A DNA stretch of 64,000 nt from Macrostomum lignano (lineage: Eukaryota). A program made the translations under genes and the position numbers. The stretch spans positions 1-64,000 of the forward strand of contig NIVC01000709.1 in the NCBI GenBank assembly GCA_002269645.1, in the 5' to 3' direction. Numbering within the stretch: the first letter of the stretch is position 1; each line of letters opens with the position of its first letter. Positions 1 to 14,501 of the stretch are shown piece after piece. The notes beneath the pieces are model-generated. The model was given only the letters and a program-made list of their open reading frames with translations. It did not search any database and was not told where the DNA came from.

Positions 1-1182
1 GTTTATCCGGCGTGAGGGCTGTATCGAACCCTTCAGACCTTGTAGGCACCTGTTGGAACGCAGGTAAAAAAACAGAATTATCAGCCACGCGTGCGAACGA
101 AATCGGAATGTCCCAATTCCAGCCGAAATCAATTGATATTTATTTATGGCTTATTCGGGCAAGTCTTCATCATTTCAAGTCTTCAGGCTGAAGCTGCGTC
201 GTCCGCCACCGGAGTTCGTTGTCGTGGTGACGGAAGCTGCCCTTCTCCCTCGACTTTGCCGCATTTGATCGCGTGACTGCGGCAGCAGACGGTGGCTGTG
301 GCCATCCAGCAGTTGCCATGCTCAAGCAGTACTTGGCCGCGGATATCCTACTCCCAGTCTCCTTAGATTTAAAACCCTCCGTCTTGCCGACAATTTACAA
401 CTCCCGCGCTGCACTCGGCAGGTGAGAAAACTGCAGCATGCCTCGCCAAAGCAGTTGTGGCAGGAATTTCCTCTCCCGCAGTCTGCACGCGGTGCAGAAA
501 AAATGCTAAAACTCGGGGCGAGAGAACGGCGCAGGGTAGAGACCGGCCGCGGTCCAGCGCCGATAAGCGCCTATCCGTTGCCATCCCAGTTGCCCGTGGT
601 TGCCAGGTTGCAGGCTCTGGCGGCTCCGGAAGCAATTATGCCATGCCAAGGCTGCAACCGATCACCTTCCCACGCCCAGCACCCCGGGGCGGTACAAGAC
701 AAGTTGACAGAACAGATCCCATCCCGGCCTGATAGATGGCTGATAAAGCCCGCTTACTCGTTGCTAAATTGGGGACTGTGCAGATTTAAGGGGCTGGCAG
801 GGCATTCCCCGAAACAAGGCGGAACACGAGAGTCTGAAGAGGTCCAAGCCGCATGGATTTTCATTGACATCAATATTGCTCCGTGTGTTCCAGAAGTTCA
901 TTGTTTTCCATTTCTCTACCTTTAAAAGCATTGGTTACCTCTGGGTTTCCGCTCTCGCCTCGGCACTGCAGGCCCTCCGAAATGCCCACTGCTGTATGGA
1001 ATCATTGAACTGCATCCAACTCAGCGAGAGAGCGTGGAACTGCACCTGCACCGCCACCCACCGGAATCAAAATATCCTTGGGAGTAATGTAGGGACATTT
1101 CTGCCTTGACCAGCGCCTGTGATTTATCTTGTTTACCTAACCTTTGCCATGGGAACCCGACCAGCACCTCCGCCTCCTCTGG

Positions 1183-1782
<600 letters not shown>

Positions 1783-4684
1783 ACACAACAGCACCACAGA
1801 GCGATCAGTATTCTCATCAGATCACGAGCTTCAGTGGGAAAAAGTTTTAGAAAAAAGCCAGCAAAATCTGCATGACAGAGGCGGGCAGCTTCGATACAAG
1901 CCTAATTGCCAAACTGCGAAATTCGTCAAGCAGAGCAGCCTGGGCTCGCACATCACATGTGTCAGTGGCAGGCAGCCGGGGGGGGCAGCAGTAGTTCTTC
2001 AATTTCACTATCGCAGCTTCCGGGGCTCATTAATCGCTTTTTTCTCATTATCCAAATCGGGGATTTCACGGCAGGCCGGGACTACCACCGCCCTCCTTCC
2101 CAGCCTGCTGTAACCTTCTCCGACACACCACTAGACTTTCTGTGACCGAGGGGAGGGGGGCAGGCGGGGATTGTAAAGGTGTCATTAGCTTAAGGTGGAA
2201 AAGTGGAGCCGAAAGCAGTTCAAGATCGGCCCGCAGTGATTGGAAGCAGAGCTGCTGCAGATTTCTAGGAAATAATGGGATGTTGGGAACCGGGCATGAG
2301 GAATAACAAGGTGGAACAGGGCGGCTTGTGTGCAGTCATAACAGCAGATGACAGCCATGATGCCGACAAGTAGGCGGTCTTCAGCAGGAAACTCTTTCAG
2401 GGGAAGAAGTGGCTGGGATTTGGATTGAGGGGAGATTTTACGGTGAACCGGGCAGGCGCAGGGACACGCGCGGCGGCATCACTTGGGGCTCGGGTTGCGG
2501 GATTCTCTCAGCCTTTAATCATGATTTATCCCGCTCGCCAGCGGAGGCCACCGGCCCGGCAAAGGCGCCTTCCGTGCCAAGAGGAGGGCTGGTGTTGCTG
2601 CTGCTGGAAGCGAAAGAAATCTGCGGAACAAAAATTGGAACACGAAGATGCTGATGATGATGATGCTTATCCAGCGAGAAGGCGGGATTTCTCTCCCAAT
2701 CCTCTCCAACCCCCCCCCACGTCTTGGTCAGCTCGCGCGGCAAGACGCGCAGGGGCTCCCGTCAGGTGCCGCAGCCATCGCTAGATGGCATCAAGATCCC
2801 GCCAGCTGATTGGCAATATAAAAAGAGCCCAGCCGCGGTGCGGGGGGGTCCAGTTGTAGACTGTTAGAGACGCAATCAATTCGGAGGCCGGTGTTGGCCC
2901 CAGAAATTCCGAAGCCGGCCTTCAATCTCTTTTGCTGTTTCCTTGATTTCTTCTCTAATCGCGGGCCGGCCATCACGGTCACTGGGGCCTCTCGGTTCCG
3001 CGCCGGTCGTCTTGTTTTCGCCGCCAGGTTCCCAGGTCTTAATGAGGTCTCCTCGCGGCCACTACAGCACCTTGGCCACGAGTTCGCACCCCCTACCCCC
3101 TACGCATTCCCAGATCCCGCCTGCCCGAGCGGTGGAAAAACTTGTCGGCTCCCTTCTATTTTTCGTTCTGAGGCAGCCACTAGAAGAGAGAGAGGGGATA
3201 AGGCGGGAAACTTGGGGATATTTTCTTTAGGGAAAAGCTTTCGAGCCGCGCAGTCATAAATGTGCAGTTTTTCATAAGCGCCACCCTCCTACTAAATAAG
3301 ACTGGCACGGAGGCCGCGGTTTTTAATATCCGAACGCGACTCTGCGGAGCGCAACCTGTTGCTGAATAATCCGGCCGGTGTCCCCCCGCCTCCGCCTGCC
3401 GCTACTTCAAATTAAAGATTTCGCAATTTGGCTGAACCGCCCCTGGCCTAAGGATAAACTCCCGACTTCTGCTCCTGATTGCGAGGGTTTGCCCTCCGCC
3501 TCATCTGCTGCTCCTCCTTGCCGTCCCACAGACTGAGGGGTGGCGGGGGGGCATAAAAAGTCGAATTTATCATAATATCCCCTGATTGTTATGCGGGACA
3601 GGCCTGCGGGACACCCGGGCCGTGTCTCTCTGAGTTGGGCGCCGGCTCGGTCGTAAAAAACGGCACCGATTCCCAGAGCCAGCGCCAGGGATTGGGAGAA
3701 GGGAGGGAGACGCCAGAATTAAGATGAGGGATTCCCAGAACTGGGGGGAGGAGGCTGGGCCGGAGGAAAATCGAACACTTTCGGTCTCTCAGCCGCAGAT
3801 GGCTGGAGCACTGGCATGACATGCAGCGGCCTGCCGGCCAGTTGGATGAAAAGCCGCGATTTTTTCAGCTCCGGGTGGCGCAAGACGTGAGGCGGCATCA
3901 AGTGGAGGCTGAGCTCCATCTCAAGGTGGCCACTTAGCCGTACAGGAGGGTCTCCCCGCGCCCCCTCCCGCTAAAACAATTAGCGTGAAAGGCGGGTCCT
4001 TAATCTGCTCCCGTCTATGGGAGTATCGGAGGCTGATCCTAGGGATATTTCTCCCACTCTGGGTTTGACATGGCCGTGTCATAGCCGGGCCACCGAGCTG
4101 CTCCCAGATCCCCTTCGGGCTCCGGAGCCCCCGCCACCCCTCAGTCAGGCAAAATTACTCCCAAGAGGCTGGTGCCGGCTGAGACGGGAATTAATCCCGG
4201 CCGGCACCCTCTCCTACATCGCCCAGCCACCAAGCCTCATCAGTCATCCGCGCGGGGTCCGGCTGCCTCATCCTGCAGCAGCCCGCAATGCCCGCCCGAC
4301 AACAATCTGTGCGGCGGCGGAGAAGATCTCCTGACTGATGCCGCGGCTGACCTTGCGACACCGCCGGAGTCAAACATTGATACAGCGGCGGGAAAGTAGA
4401 GAGAAAAAAGCAGAAGCCGCCAGAAGATGCTGCAAGTGGCTTCATCACAAATCTCTTGGCTTAATCCTGCCCGCCCGAACTCCGATCTGGAGAGCGAAGG
4501 CGGTGTTTGCTCAGTTCAATTATCCGGGCAAACACTGCGCCTGCTCAGCCCTCTGCCGGCCACTCAATTGCTTGCATACTTTCGGGTTGAGCAACTGACG
4601 CTGGCAAACAGCGGGGGTGCCAGGGGATTAAGGGCCAGATTGTCAGAATCTGTTAGTTTTTTCTCTCTATCCGAAAATCCGCAG

Positions 4685-6472
4685 GGCCTGCGATGCCAGA
4701 GCGCCGGCTGCGGCTGCGACCGCTTCAGCCCGGACGGCCGGCACCCGAGACAGTGCGACACCTGCCAGCACGGCTGGATCTACCACGGTGAGGCACCGCG
4801 GCCTGCTAGTGTGTCACTGAGCACTGTCATTGAGAAAGTGTGTCACTGATTGAGAAAGTGTGTCACTGATTGAGAGAAAGTGTGTCACTGATTGAGAAAG
4901 TGTGTCACTGATTGAGAAAGTGTGTCACTGATTGAGAGAAAGTTTGTCACTGATTGAGAGAAAGTTTGTCACTGATTGAGAGAAAGTGTGTCACTGCTTG
5001 AGAAAGTGTGTCACTGCTTGAGAAAGTGTGTCACTGATTGAGAGAAAGTGTGTCACTGATTGAGAGAAAGTGTGTCACTGCTTGAGAAAGTGTGTCACTG
5101 ATTGAGAGAGTGTGTCACTGATTGAGAGAAAGTGTGTCACTGATTGAGAGAAAGTGTGTCACTGCTTGAGAAAGTGTGTCACTGATTGAGAGAGTGTGTC
5201 ACTGATTGAGAGAAAGTGTGTCACTGATTGAGAGAAAGTGTGTCACTGATTGAGAGAAAGTGTGTCACTGATTGAGAGAAAGTGTGTCACTGCTTGAGAA
5301 AGTGTGTCACTGATTGAGAGAGTGTGTCACTGATTGAGAAAGTGTGTCACTGATTGAGAAAATGCGTCACTGACTGAGCCATGACGCGAATTGGTGTCAG
5401 GGACAGGCGCACCCAGTCCAGCATTTAATCGGGCACTGAGCTCAGGTAACTTCAAATCAGGCAGCAATTTGCCTGAAAAAAGAATCGCAAACCGCGGCTC
5501 TCGTCAGAAATTGGAAAAATTAGCGCAAAAAATAGTTCAAGCTAAAGAGCGATGCAAATCGGCCGCGTTCCCGAGGAGACACCAGAATGCGATATGCGAG
5601 ATGACGTTTGAAAACATGGGCAGCAGGCAGGAAAGCATTCCAGAGCTGCTTCTGCTGCTAAGAGGGGCCTCGGAGCCCCAAGCCGAGCTTCGGGATTCCA
5701 AAATTTGACAGCCAAAACCGCGGCAGCTGTCAACTTTAACAAAAGATGCGCCGCGGGCCGCTGGGGGACCCTGAGACGCGGAGAGGACTTCTGTTCCCCC
5801 TCCCAGACCGCAAACAAGTGGTGGCCCCGTGGCCGCCCGTCAGTCCCGTTTGATCCGTCAACTCCCGAAGAACGTGCGGGCAAAGTGAAGAAAAATGTCC
5901 TGCGCAGAGACGAGAAGACGCCGTCAGTGGCCGCATGTGGCGTCCCGGCGGACGAGCCCCGGACCGCAGTTGTTGGGGCGGCCACGGGGCTGGCGCGCTG
6001 CAATTAAAAAACCCAAGACGCGCAGCCGAGGGCACAAATGGCTTGGCCAGCGCCCGCCCCCAGCTGAGATAGTTATCTACCTGACGTGTCAGGGACAAGG
6101 CCCCGGACAGAACATGACACCGCCCTGTCACGGATCCCGGACTCCGGGGGCTTCGCCTCCCCTCTGCCCCATCCCCTGGCCCGTCTGTCTGGCCCAGAAT
6201 GTCACTGAGGGCCGGTTGCTGCTGCAGACCATGCAGTCCCCAACAGCGACCCGCATCATCAGCCCCAGCCTCCGCTTGTCAAAAAGAGGCCAGTCGCCAG
6301 CAACAAGGCTTTGCTTGTCTTCTTCTTCTGCTTCTGCTGCTTCTTTTAGAAGAAGTCAGCGGAGTTTGCTAATGTCGTTAGGGGCAATTAACCGCGGCTC
6401 CTCCCCCGGCAGCACCACCTTGCTGAGACGCTGGAAAATATAATTAGGAGAAGCCAGGCAACCAGCGGATCG

Positions 6473-6555
<83 letters not shown>

Positions 6556-9500
6556 CATTGACACCGGGATGACAGCGAATTCCTGCAATATTGCGCAGGT
6601 AGTGAAAGGAACAGTTTTGAACTCGGATGCGCTGCTGCTGCACATTCAAACTGGAAACTGAGTTTTTCGCATTCAGCCCCGGGCAGCTTGGTTGACGCGG
6701 TCCGGCCGCTCACGGGGTCAAGGCAGGCCTAGACGTAAGCGGAACGGATGAGACACCCAGGCCCGATTCGTCCCCTACCTGGGAACTCTCTGGGGACGCC
6801 GGACCCCCGGCTAAGTGGGTGTCCGCGCGGCGGCCAGCCTCTTTATTCTTCGTTAGCTCGGCGAGGTGCTGCTGACGGCCCGCCGGTCGTGTCGAAATGC
6901 CTCCCCAGGGACCGACCTGCTGCCGGCGGCAGGACTGCCGGGAGAGGCAATTGTGAGGAATTCTTCAACTTGGTCGAAGTTTTGAAAGACGAAATAAGTG
7001 AGCGGAGGGGGACTTCCTGGCTCGCCTGGCAACTGGACCTGGTTTTGATAGATGCCGAGAAAACAGAGGACCAGCGTCCCAGCGGGACACTTCCAAGGAG
7101 CAGGACTTGGACACTTCGGTGGACTGGTGAAGGAGGGTGATCGCTGGCTATGGACACCGCCCGCTGATGCTAATCTGGGCCTGCTGGTCCCCGGGAGAGA
7201 CAAAGAGGGCCAGCGTGCGTGCGAAGCCTTGCGTGTATAATGTGGCCGATCTCGCTGCGGGAGGCCTTGGTCAATCAATCAGAATCAGGTGTCCGTGCCA
7301 CCTGGAGCTACCAAACCGGTTTACCATGCTAAGTCAATAATGGGGCTTCGGATTTGCCGAATAACCACCGAATTCGATGCTCGGGCATTAGCTGCACCCA
7401 GTTGGTAGTTGGCGAAGACAATGGTTGCCTGTCGAGCGGTCCGTGCTGCTCACTGAGTCTAGGGTTAGGGTTGGTCACTGAGCTAGGCTGTTTGTCACTG
7501 AGCTAGGCTGTTAGTCACTGAGCTAGGCTGTTAATCACTGAGCTAGGCTGTTGGTCACTGAGCTAGGCTGTTAGTCACTGAGCTAGGCTGTTGGTCACTG
7601 AGCTAGGCTGTTGGTCACTGAGCTAGGCTGTTGGTCACTGAGCTAGGCTGTTGGTCACTGAGCTAGGCTGTTGGTCACTGAGCTAGGCTGTTGGTCACTG
7701 AGCTAGGCTGTTGGTCACCGACAATTCCGCAATCGGCATCCCGCAGTGCTGGACAAGCTGGGCAGCAGCGGCGACCACCAGCAGCAGCAGCAACAGCCGG
7801 CAGCCTCGGTGGAGCTCGCCCGCCCCAGCCTCGTGTTCGACATCGCCAGCCTCGTTCTGTACGGCACCCAGGCCGCTCCAGTCCGCCTGAAGATCCTCCT
7901 GGACCGCCTGTTCTCCGTGCTGCAGCACAGCGAAGTGCTGCGCATCCTGCACGCCTTCGGCTGGCAGTACGAAGACTACGCCAGGGGGTACATCCTGCAG
8001 GTGAGGCGGGGGGTACATCCTGCAGGTGAGGCGGGGGGGGTACATCCTGCAGGTGAGGCAGGGGGTACATCCTGCAGGTGAGGCGGGGGGGGGTACATCC
8101 TGCAGGTGAGGCAGGGGGTACATCCTGCAGGTGAGGCGGGGGGGGGTACATCCTGCAGGTGAGGCGGGGGGTACATCCTGCAGGTGAGGCGGGGGGGGGG
8201 TACATCCTGCAGGTGATATATCCTGCAGGTACATCTATGATATCTGTATCTGTGATATACATCTATATCTGTGATATATCCTGCAGGTACAAGATACATC
8301 CTGCAGGTGAGGCGGGGGGGGGGTACATCCTGCAGGTGAGGCTGGGGGGTACATCCTGCAGGTGAGGCGGGGGGGTACATCTTGCAGCTGAAGCGGAGGT
8401 CTCAGCCAATTTAGCCATCTCCTTCGGATCTATCGATCTCACTTAGATCTATCAGTCCTTTTTACCTGAACCCTAATTTATGTCTGCCTGAACCCCTCTT
8501 TACCTGAACTCCAATGCACCTGAACTCCAATGCACCTGAACTCCAATGCACCTGAACTCCAATGCACCTGAACTCCAATGCACCTGAACTCCAATGCACC
8601 TGAACTCCAATGCACCTGAACTCCAATGCACCTGAACTCCAATGCACCTGAACTCCAATGCACCTGAACTCCAATGCACCTGAACTCCAATGCACCTGAA
8701 CTCCAATGCACCTGAACTCCAATGCACCTGAACTCCAATGCACCTGAACTCCAATGCACCTGAACTCCAATGCACCTGAACTCCAATGCACCTGAACTCC
8801 AATGCACCTGAACTCCAATGCACCTGAACTCCAATGCACCTGAACTCCAATGCACCTGAACCTTCAGGACAGTCGCGGCCGCGTCCTCGACGACTGGCAG
8901 ATGAGCAGCCGCGAGGAGGAGCTGCTCGCCATCCAGCAGCTGCTGCGCTTCGGCGAGACGCGGGTCCTGGCGCAGGCCATGCTGGCCCAGGAGGGCCGGC
9001 TGAGGCAGGAGACTGCTCACGCTGCTGCCGGTCTCATGCAGAGCCTCGCTGCCGCTGCCTCCGCCTATCTGCAGCAGCAGCAACCTCAGCAGCCTCAGCA
9101 GCACCAGCAGCACCTGCTGCACCAGAATCTTCTTCGCCAGCACCATCAGGCTCTCTGCATGCTGCCCAGTCCGAGTGAGTCGAAGCGATCAATAGTCACA
9201 TGGATAATCACACAAATAGCCACATGGATAATCACACAAATAGCCACATGGATAGTCACACAAATAGCCACATGGATAATCACACAAATAGCCACATGGA
9301 TAATCACACAAATAGCCACATGGATAATCACACACATAGTCACATGGATAATCACACAAATAGCCACATGGATGATCACACAAATAGCCACATGGATAAT
9401 CACACAAATAGCCACATGGATAATCACACAAATAGCCACATGGAGAATCACACAAATAGCCACATGGATAATCACACAAATTCATCAGTTGGATAATCAC

Positions 9501-12095
9501 ACAAATAGTCACATGGATAATCACACAAATAGCCACATGGATAATCACACAAATAGCCACATGGATAATCACACAAATAGCCACATGGATAATCACACAA
9601 ATAGCCACATGGATAATCACACAAATTCATCAGTTGGATAATCACACAAATAGTCACATGGATAATCACACAAATAGCCACATGGATAATCACACAAATA
9701 GTCACATGGATAATCACACAAATAGTCACATGGATAATCACACAAATACTCCCATGGATAATCACACAAATAGCCACATGGATAATCACACAAATAGCCA
9801 CATGGATAATCACACAAATTCATCAGTTGGATAATCACACAAATAGTCACATGGATAATCACACAAATAGCCACATGGATAATCACACAAATAGCCACAT
9901 GGATAATCACACAAATAGCCACATGGGTAATCACACAAATAGTCACATGGATAATCACACAAATAGTCACATGGATAATCACACAAATAGCCACATGGAT
10001 AATCACACAAATAGCCACATGGATAATCACACAAATAGCCACATGGGTAATCACACAAATAGTCACATGGATAATCACACAAATAGCCACATGGATAACC
10101 ACACAAATAGTCACATGGATAATCACACAAATAGTCACATGGATAATCACACAATCACTCATCAGCACGGTGGCCACCCAAACCAATCCCGCAGCCATCA
10201 ACTCAGACGTGTCGCCGACGCCGAAGCCGAAGCGCCCAGCAACCGCCGACGTCGCCTCCGCCTCGGCGGCTGGCGCCGACACCGCCAGCTCCGCCGTCGT
10301 GGCTGCAAAGTCGCGCCGCAAGCAGCAGCACCTCGGCTGCTCGCCGACTCCTCGGGAACTCAGCGCCGATGCCGACGAGGACGCCGAAGCTGACGCTCAG
10401 CCGGAGCAGCGATCGGGACATTCAACAGCCGAAGCCGAAGCGGGCACCGGAGACGAGGACTGCGAAGAAAAGTGCATCAACGATCTGGAAGATGCTGAGG
10501 TCGCCGATAACGGCCAGATGAAGCCTCCGGAGGACGCGGGCAGCGACGCCGACGGCCTGGACGAGCGCGACGACCTGCTGGATGGCGAGGACGAAGAGGG
10601 CGAGTACTTGGACGACGGCGAGGAGGTGACGTCAGACATCAACCAGGAGGAGCTGCTGGCACCCGACTGCGGCCTGGAGGTGTCCACCACCCCCACAACT
10701 TTGCTCAGCGGCGGCGGCAGCGGCGGAGTCGCGTCCTCCAGCTCGCTGCTGCAGGGTGGCGGCGGCGTCAGCGGGGGAGTCCGCGGCCGGCCCTGCCTGT
10801 CGCAGAGCAAGCGCCGGGTCCTGTGCACCGTCTGCAACAAAACCTTCTGCGACAAGGGCGCGCTGAAGATCCACTACAGCGCCGTGCACCTGAAGGAGAT
10901 GCACCGCTGCACCATCGCCGGCTGCAGCATGTGGTTCAGCTCGCGCCGCAGCCGCAACCGGCACTCTGCCAACCCCAACCCGCGGCTGCACATGTCACAC
11001 CCAAACCGAAAGCTGCCCGACGGCGCCCGCATCGTTGACGACGGCAGCGGGCGCAGCCTGGCCGGCAAGGCGCCGATGCCCAGCAACATCACCAACCCGC
11101 CGCTGGTGTCGGCGCCGATCCCCTCCCGCCAGCTGGACAGCAACATCGCCAAGGAGATCTTCGAACAGGCCATCCGGTGCGGCAGTCAGCAGCGGCAGCA
11201 GCGCCAGCAGCAGAGCCTGGCTTCCATGTCGGAGGCCTCGGACACCGAGGACGCGGAAGCGGCTCTCGCTGCCAAGCTGGTCTCCGAGGATCCGCCAGCC
11301 AGCGACCTGGACTCGGAGGATGAGCTGCAGAGCCGGGGATCGCAGCAGCACCTGCAGCTTCATCACAGCCTCCTGCAGCAGCAGCCGCCAGCCTGCGGCC
11401 TGGACTCTTCGGCCGAGCCGCAGCACCCATGCGTCATCGAGGGCTGCAACGCCATCTTCCCGTCCAAGCGGAGCCGCGACCGGCACAGCGCCAACCTCAA
11501 CCTGCACCGGAAGCTGCTGTCCACCAGCGGCGGCGGCGGCGGCGGCTCCTTCCAGCAGCTGCAGGGCAAGCCGCAGGCGCAGCACCAGCAGCGGCCTTTC
11601 CAGCAGCCTTCAGCGGCGGAGGCGGCATTCAGCGAGTCAGCAACCGCGCAGCTGCCGCCTCCTCCGCCGGCCTTCCTGTCCGGCTTGTTCCCCTTCGGCG
11701 GCACTGCGGCGGGGCTGCGGACGGCCGCGGCTGGAGAGCGCGGCGGAGTCGGTGGCGGCCTGACGTCGACAACGATGGCGCACCCGGGCGCGCACCCGCC
11801 GCCGCCGCCGCCTCCGCCGCCGCCTCCACCGTTTTTCCCAGCGGCCGCGGCGGCTGCCGCAGCTGCCGCATATTTTCAGCGCCAGCAGCAGCAGCGCCAG
11901 CATCCGGCGTCTGCGGCTGCTGCGGCAGCTGCCGCTGTGTCTGGCGGACAGCCGCTGCTGCCGCCGCCGAGCTTCGGCTTCCCCCTGCCGTCGATGGCGG
12001 CAGCGGCGGCCGCGGCGGCGGCAGCTGCTGGGGGATTCGGCAGCGGTGTTGGCGGCGGGATGCCCGGATCGTCGGAGACCCTCCTGTCACCGTGA
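4685..12095 (+). CDS. BNC2/disco: Basonuclin/disconnected (disco) family C2H2 zinc-finger protein. Exons 4685-4787, 7747-8000, 8868-9174, 10195-12095; start exon not resolved (possibly ATG 4427)
   Basis: Spliced product reads ...[36 protein letters not shown]...[66 protein letters not shown]...[10 protein letters not shown], the basonuclin N-terminal domain. Exon 4 has the disco-type finger pair [52 protein letters not shown] and a further finger [28 protein letters not shown]. Junctions are GT-AG with matching phases (1,0,1); AATAAA near 12175. Confidence 0.93.
4808..5372. repeat. 20-22-bp minisatellite (GTGTCACTGATTGAGAGAAA) just inside the bnc intron-1 donor
   Basis: About 26 visible tandem copies starting ~20 bp after the GT at 4788. 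Confidence 0.95.
6476..6553. repeat. (AG)n microsatellite
   Basis: Pure agagag run. Confidence 0.98.
7452..7717. repeat. 20-bp minisatellite (GTCACTGAGCTAGGCTGTTG) just before the bnc intron-1 acceptor
   Basis: About 13 tandem copies ending ~30 bp before the AG at 7745-7746. Confidence 0.95.
7985..8390 (+). repeat. Tandem repeat made of the bnc exon-2 end plus its splice donor (GGGGTACATCCTGCAG|GTGAGGCGG)
   Basis: True donor at 8001; ten further CAG|GTGAGG copies at ~8026, 8053, 8078, 8106, 8131, 8159, 8184, 8307, 8336, 8362. Confidence 0.93.
8502..8862. repeat. 16-bp minisatellite (ACCTGAACTCCAATGC) abutting the bnc intron-2 acceptor
   Basis: About 22 perfect copies ending at ...ccttcag|GAC (8867/8868). 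Confidence 0.96.
9192..10153. repeat. 24-bp minisatellite (ATAGCCACATGGATAATCACACAA) filling bnc intron 3
   Basis: About 40 copies, with a recurring variant unit TTCATCAGTTGG at ~9481, 9627, 9819; source of the [16 protein letters not shown] ORFs. Confidence 0.96.
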
Positions 12096-12914
12096 GTGAG
12101 CAGTTTATCATTGTGCCCACTTGCACCTGCAAGCCAATCACGAATGTATATAAGTTGATGAAGAGGCTCATTCAATAAACTCAGCATTTCTCTCCCCAAC
12201 AACCCCTTCAAATCCCCGGCAGATTTCGGCTTCCAAAGCTGCTGCCAGTCACCAACGGGCCCAAGGAGCGCGGCATGGAGACCTGACCGAATGCCTCATA
12301 ATGGAGCTTGGAACAACCGTTGTCTGACTGACTGTCAAATACTAAGCATTGCTTCGCTTTGCAAATGTAACAGATTTAATTTGTACACGCGGGCAGCCAC
12401 TTTTTCTCAAGCATGGCTATTATATTCTGTAGCTCTAGGATGACCCAATCTTGCTACTGATATCAGTATTTAATGGATTTGTAGGCAGTGTTTCTATGAT
12501 GTACAGCTTATCTGTGCGGCTCTCGGCATTGCACATGTATTTCGCACTGCATCTGCATCTAAATTATGGCTAATTATGATCAAGTTGGTCGTTAAAAGAC
12601 TTGTCAAACACGGAACGCGCTACTTACGAGCGTATTGTCAGTAGTTAGAAGCAACGGCTTTGTTTTACGCTGATTATTGTCCCTACGTCGGTTGTTTGAT
12701 GTTTTGCTTTCTGCTTTATAGAACAGGCGTGCTGCTAAATGCATATGAAATAAACGAAAAATACTGTAGAGGCTCATCCAGGTTATTTGCGCAACTTCTC
12801 TGCTGATTTATGTGCGAGTTCGCTTGCTTGCTAATAAAATTACACTTGTGAAACAAACACTACATGTGTGTTAATCGTTTGAGTCGTGCTGAGTAGAGAG
12901 ATATGCAACAAAAA

Positions 12915-13772
12915 ACTCTGACAGGGTCTCTAGTAGATGGACTCACAGGGACTCTAGATGGCTTCACAGGGTCTGTAGATGGACTGAAAGGGTCTCTAGA
13001 TGAGCTGACAGGGTCTCTAGATGGACTGACAGGGTCTCTAGATGGACTGACAGGGTCTCTAGATGGGCTGACGGAGTCTCTAGATGAGCTGACAGGGTCT
13101 CTAGATGGACTGACAGGGTCTCTAGATGGACTGACAGGGTCTCTAGATGGACTGACAGGGTCTCTAGATGGACTGACAGGGTCTCTAGATGGACTGACAG
13201 GGTCTCTAGATGGACTGACAGGGTCTCTAGATGGACTGACAGGGTCTCTAGATGGACTGACAGGGTCTCTAGATGGACTGACAGGGTCTCTAGATGGACT
13301 GACAGGGTCTCTAGATGGACTGACAGGGTCTCTAGATGGACTGACAGGGTCTCTAGATGGACTGACAGGGTCTCTAGATGGACTGACAGGGTCTCTAGAT
13401 GGACTGACAGGGTCTCTAGATGGACTGACAGGGTCTCTAGATGGACTGACAGGGTCTCTAGATGGACTGACAGGGTCTCTAGATGGACTGACAGGGTCTC
13501 TAGATGGACTGACAGGGTCTCTAGATGGACTGACAGGGTCTCTAGATGGACTGACAGGGTCTCTAGATGGACTGACAGGGTCTCTAGATGGACTGACAGG
13601 GTCTCTAGATGGACTGACAGGGTCTCTAGATGGACTGACAGGGTCTCTAGATGGACTGACAGGGTCTCTAGATGGACTGACAGGGTCTCTAGATGGACTG
13701 ACAGGGTCTCTAGATGGACTGACAGGGTCTCTAGATGGACTGACAGGGTCTCTAGATGGACTGATGGGGTCT
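12915..13772. repeat. 21-bp minisatellite (GACAGGGTCTCTAGATGGACT)
   Basis: About 40 near-perfect copies; explains ORFs 12903-13796 and 12964-13779. Confidence 0.97.
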
Positions 13773-14501
13773 CTGCCAACTGACGAAACTCAATAGGTAG
13801 GACCTGCTTAATTTCTCCAACGCGACAAACCTGTGTTTGTAGAAGGCGCGCAGCAAATTACCGGCATCGTTGCTATGGGGAAGTGATGCATTCTTCAGGG
13901 GGGGGGGCAGGAAGCTCACACAGTTTGCTAGCGCTAAGGGAGCCCCCGAACCACCTGCGATTTTTGGTCGTCACGCCCCATACTGGCTACTTTCAGTAGC
14001 TGAAATTTCCCAGCCACTCGTCCTCTCTCATTCTATAAATAACTCATGACGACACTATAGACGTGGAGATCTTTGAGTTATTAGCGATTAATTAATATAA
14101 TTAGTTTGATTAAATATTTGTGATCGTTTGTTTATTTCAGAATAAAAAAAAATATATTTCAAAAAAAAAAATCAAAAAATATTTATAAGTACACTCAACA
14201 ACATTGAAAAGTCGCCACCCTTTGTGCCACAAACGAACTTCGATCTCATCGGATCTCCCCTAAAAGTCGCACAACTCGCACTCTACACTGCGGGGCATGC
14301 ATTGCGTAACCACCATGCTGAGCAATGGGCTTTGACACAAAAACAATGATAACATTGTTTGTTTAGTTTTTATAACCCTGACAGCAAAATTTGAATTACA
14401 AAATGGTTAATTTAGAAACATTCCTTAGGTCTTTTCAGGTCCTTTCAATGTTGCTGAAATACATACGGCTGCAAAGGCTGGAGAACGGCTTGGATAGCAG
14501 A

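Noticed and set aside
5391-7340. ORFs inside bnc intron 1
   Set aside because: No protein motif recognised; overlapping frames on both strands are expected at this GC content.
7460-7472. TTAGGG-like motif
   Set aside because: Only two copies; not an interstitial telomere.
10203-12211. Antisense and alternate-frame ORFs over GC-rich exons (also 28498-29217, 33835-34820)
   Set aside because: Shadows of codon-biased real exons.
12903-13796. 297-aa LDGLTGS repeat 'protein' and similar repeat ORFs (9146-10321, 42599-43593, 43981-44973, 46444-47171, 52305-53604)
   Set aside because: Open only because the repeat units lack stops; most lie within defined introns.
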